A stretch of 63,341 nt of DNA, the filler included, from Octopus bimaculoides (taxonomy: Eukaryota), in NCBI RefSeq assembly GCF_001194135.2. It is 7 parts of 6 records of this genome, joined end to end, with 100 filler letters (N's around TTAATTAATTAA, not from the genome) between each part and the next. Parts side by side here need not be neighbours in the genome. Positions count along the whole stretch, not along the records: positions 60,184 to 63,341 come from NC_068985.1; 6 more parts are not named here. One strand, written 5' to 3'. The position numbers were made by a program, and so were the translations under genes. Below are positions 61,545 to 63,341 of this stretch, piece after piece. The notes below the pieces were generated by a model that worked only from the letters and a program-made list of their open reading frames with translations, had not been told where the DNA came from and ran no database searches. How positions within the stretch are numbered: position 1 is the first letter of the stretch; each line of letters begins with the position of its first letter.

Positions 61545-61546
<2 letters not shown>

Positions 61547-61750
61547 TGTATTTGTACCCCCATCACTGCTTGACAACCGGTGTTGGTTTGTTTACGTCCC
61601 CGTAAAAAAAAGCAACTGATAGAATAACTACTAGGCTTTAAAAAATAAGTCCTGCGTTCGATTTGATCGACTAAAACTCCACCAAGGCTGTGCTTCAGCA
61701 TGGCCGCACTCAAATGACAGAAACGAGTAAAAAGTAAAAAAAAAAAAAAA
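61545..61750 (+). mobile_element. SINE family C, 3' half
   Basis: GCTTGACAACCGGTGTTGG...CAGCATGGCCGCA...GAAACGAGTAAAAAG. Confidence 0.85.
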
Positions 61751-62289
61751 GAATAAAAGAATATACGCACACATTACTATTGAGTATGAAACATAAATAG
61801 ACGGATGTGAACCACATACAATTTGACTAATAATTCAGTATTTAAAATTTACTGAGTTTCACATATAATTTATAAGGAATTCGAAGATGTTGCCTAAAAA
61901 AGCATCTACAAGGTTATTGTGTACAAAACGTAAAGAGTTTGTATACTGAGTGCAACTAGTTTATCTAGAAGTGAAAAATAAACATAGAGTCTCATGAAAA
62001 ATTACTAGAGACCATGGAAATGAAAATAACTTCAATGTTATTATGTAAACAACAAATTTGTGTTATTAGGTTGGTGGTAAGTAACCGATGAAGATCTGGG
62101 TTATATAAATCATATTACCGTGATTTGATTAGATTTTGTTCAGCATTATCTTTACTCTGTATGGGTGTGGTGCATTCAGGTAACATTGCAAACGATATTT
62201 TATAACATCAGCCCGCCACTTCACCACTCTCTACCATCAGCCGTCATCAACGCCGCCGCTGTAGCGATCTCTACATCACGATAATGACG

Positions 62290-62388
62290 ATCGCGATGAT
62301 CACCAGCGCCACCACCACCACCACCACTACCAACGCAACCACCACTACCACCACCACCACCACCACTACCAACGCAACCACCACTACC
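62290..62388. repeat. (ACC/ACT/AAC)n GC-rich triplet tract
   Basis: Direct reading. Confidence 0.9.
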
Positions 62389-63341
62389 NNNNNNNNNNNN
62401 NNNNNNNNNNNNNNNNNNNNNNNNNNNNNNACATACATGAATACATTCATACATACATACATATATACATACATACATACGTATGTATGTAATTATGTAT
62501 GTGTAAATATATATGTATATATATGTATATTATATATATGTATATATATATATATATGTTGAGATAAATATATATTTATAAGTATGTATACGTGTATAAA
62601 TGTAATTGATAACTATATATACGCGTATATATACATACACACACACATATATAAATATATATTTATATACATCTACATACATATATATATATGTATGTAT
62701 GCATATGTATATATGTTTATATAAATATATACTTATAAGTCTTGTATATGAGTATAAATGTAAGTTTCTATATACATATGCATATATCTGTTCATCTACG
62801 CACAAGCGCACATATACATACACACACGCATATACACACATACACACCCACACACGTATATACATATGCGTACACTCGCATGCGGCCCATACATACACAC
62901 ATACATGCACAGAGCCACGCACGTTAAAACTCGACAACACCGTAAGGAATAATGGTACTCCAAGATGTTGATAATTATTGATAGGAGTTTTTACCACTAT
63001 CAGACACTTTTAATGACCACAACTGGGTCAACATCACTAGTGCTAATGATAAACAAAAGAACAAACTAATAACAGAGACTTGGCTTTATTTACATCCACC
63101 TTTGCTATCGTTTCGAGTTCATCGCTCACGTTTCGTAGTTTAGCTATTAATACATACATACATACATACAAATACACATATACATACATGCCTACATGCA
63201 TTACATACATGGAGACAATGTTTCAAATAGACAGATAAAGCTTTGTGTTTAAATGTACAGAATATATATACGCGTACACATGTAAAAACAGAAGGCAGAC
63301 TCAAAACTTTTAGATGATATATATATATATATATATATATA

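Noticed and set aside
61106-61545. Identical ~80-bp sequence on both sides of an N gap
   Set aside because: Most simply an unmerged contig overlap at a (GT)n tract rather than a real duplication.

Overview
Repeat-dense, AT-rich animal genomic DNA. It is very probably an octopus (coleoid cephalopod) draft assembly, inferred from the SINE families and microsatellite load rather than from a database match. Six artificial 100-bp spacers (44 N + TTAATTAATTAA + 44 N) join seven blocks, so adjacency across them is not biological evidence. No complete protein-coding gene is visible, and almost all entries in the ORF track are microsatellite or N-gap artefacts. The window is a retroelement graveyard: at least seven R4/Dong-type RLE LINE fragments tied to (TAA)n arrays, a ~560-bp non-coding element sitting in the same (TAA)n targets, two tandem L1/Tx1-like ORF2 remnants, a Penelope-like (Naiad-type) RT remnant, many tRNA-derived SINEs, mariner- and piggyBac-type MITEs, and a Helitron 3' end. 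The most unexpected items are: (1) a perfect 90-bp inverted repeat whose 58-nt loop holds an intact minimal hammerhead ribozyme core (41850-42087), plus five more hammerhead-like motifs; (2) a solitary 5.8S rRNA copy lying 17 nt upstream of a tRNA-SINE head (35411-35670); (3) several long fold-back structures, one bracketed by an exact 18-bp direct repeat; (4) an intron-containing tRNA-Leu pseudogene and a consensus CTCF site. The 41-57.6 kb region is CpG-depleted and carries candidate exons on both strands, consistent with the body of an unidentified host gene. All alignments and percent identities were made by eye and are approximate.
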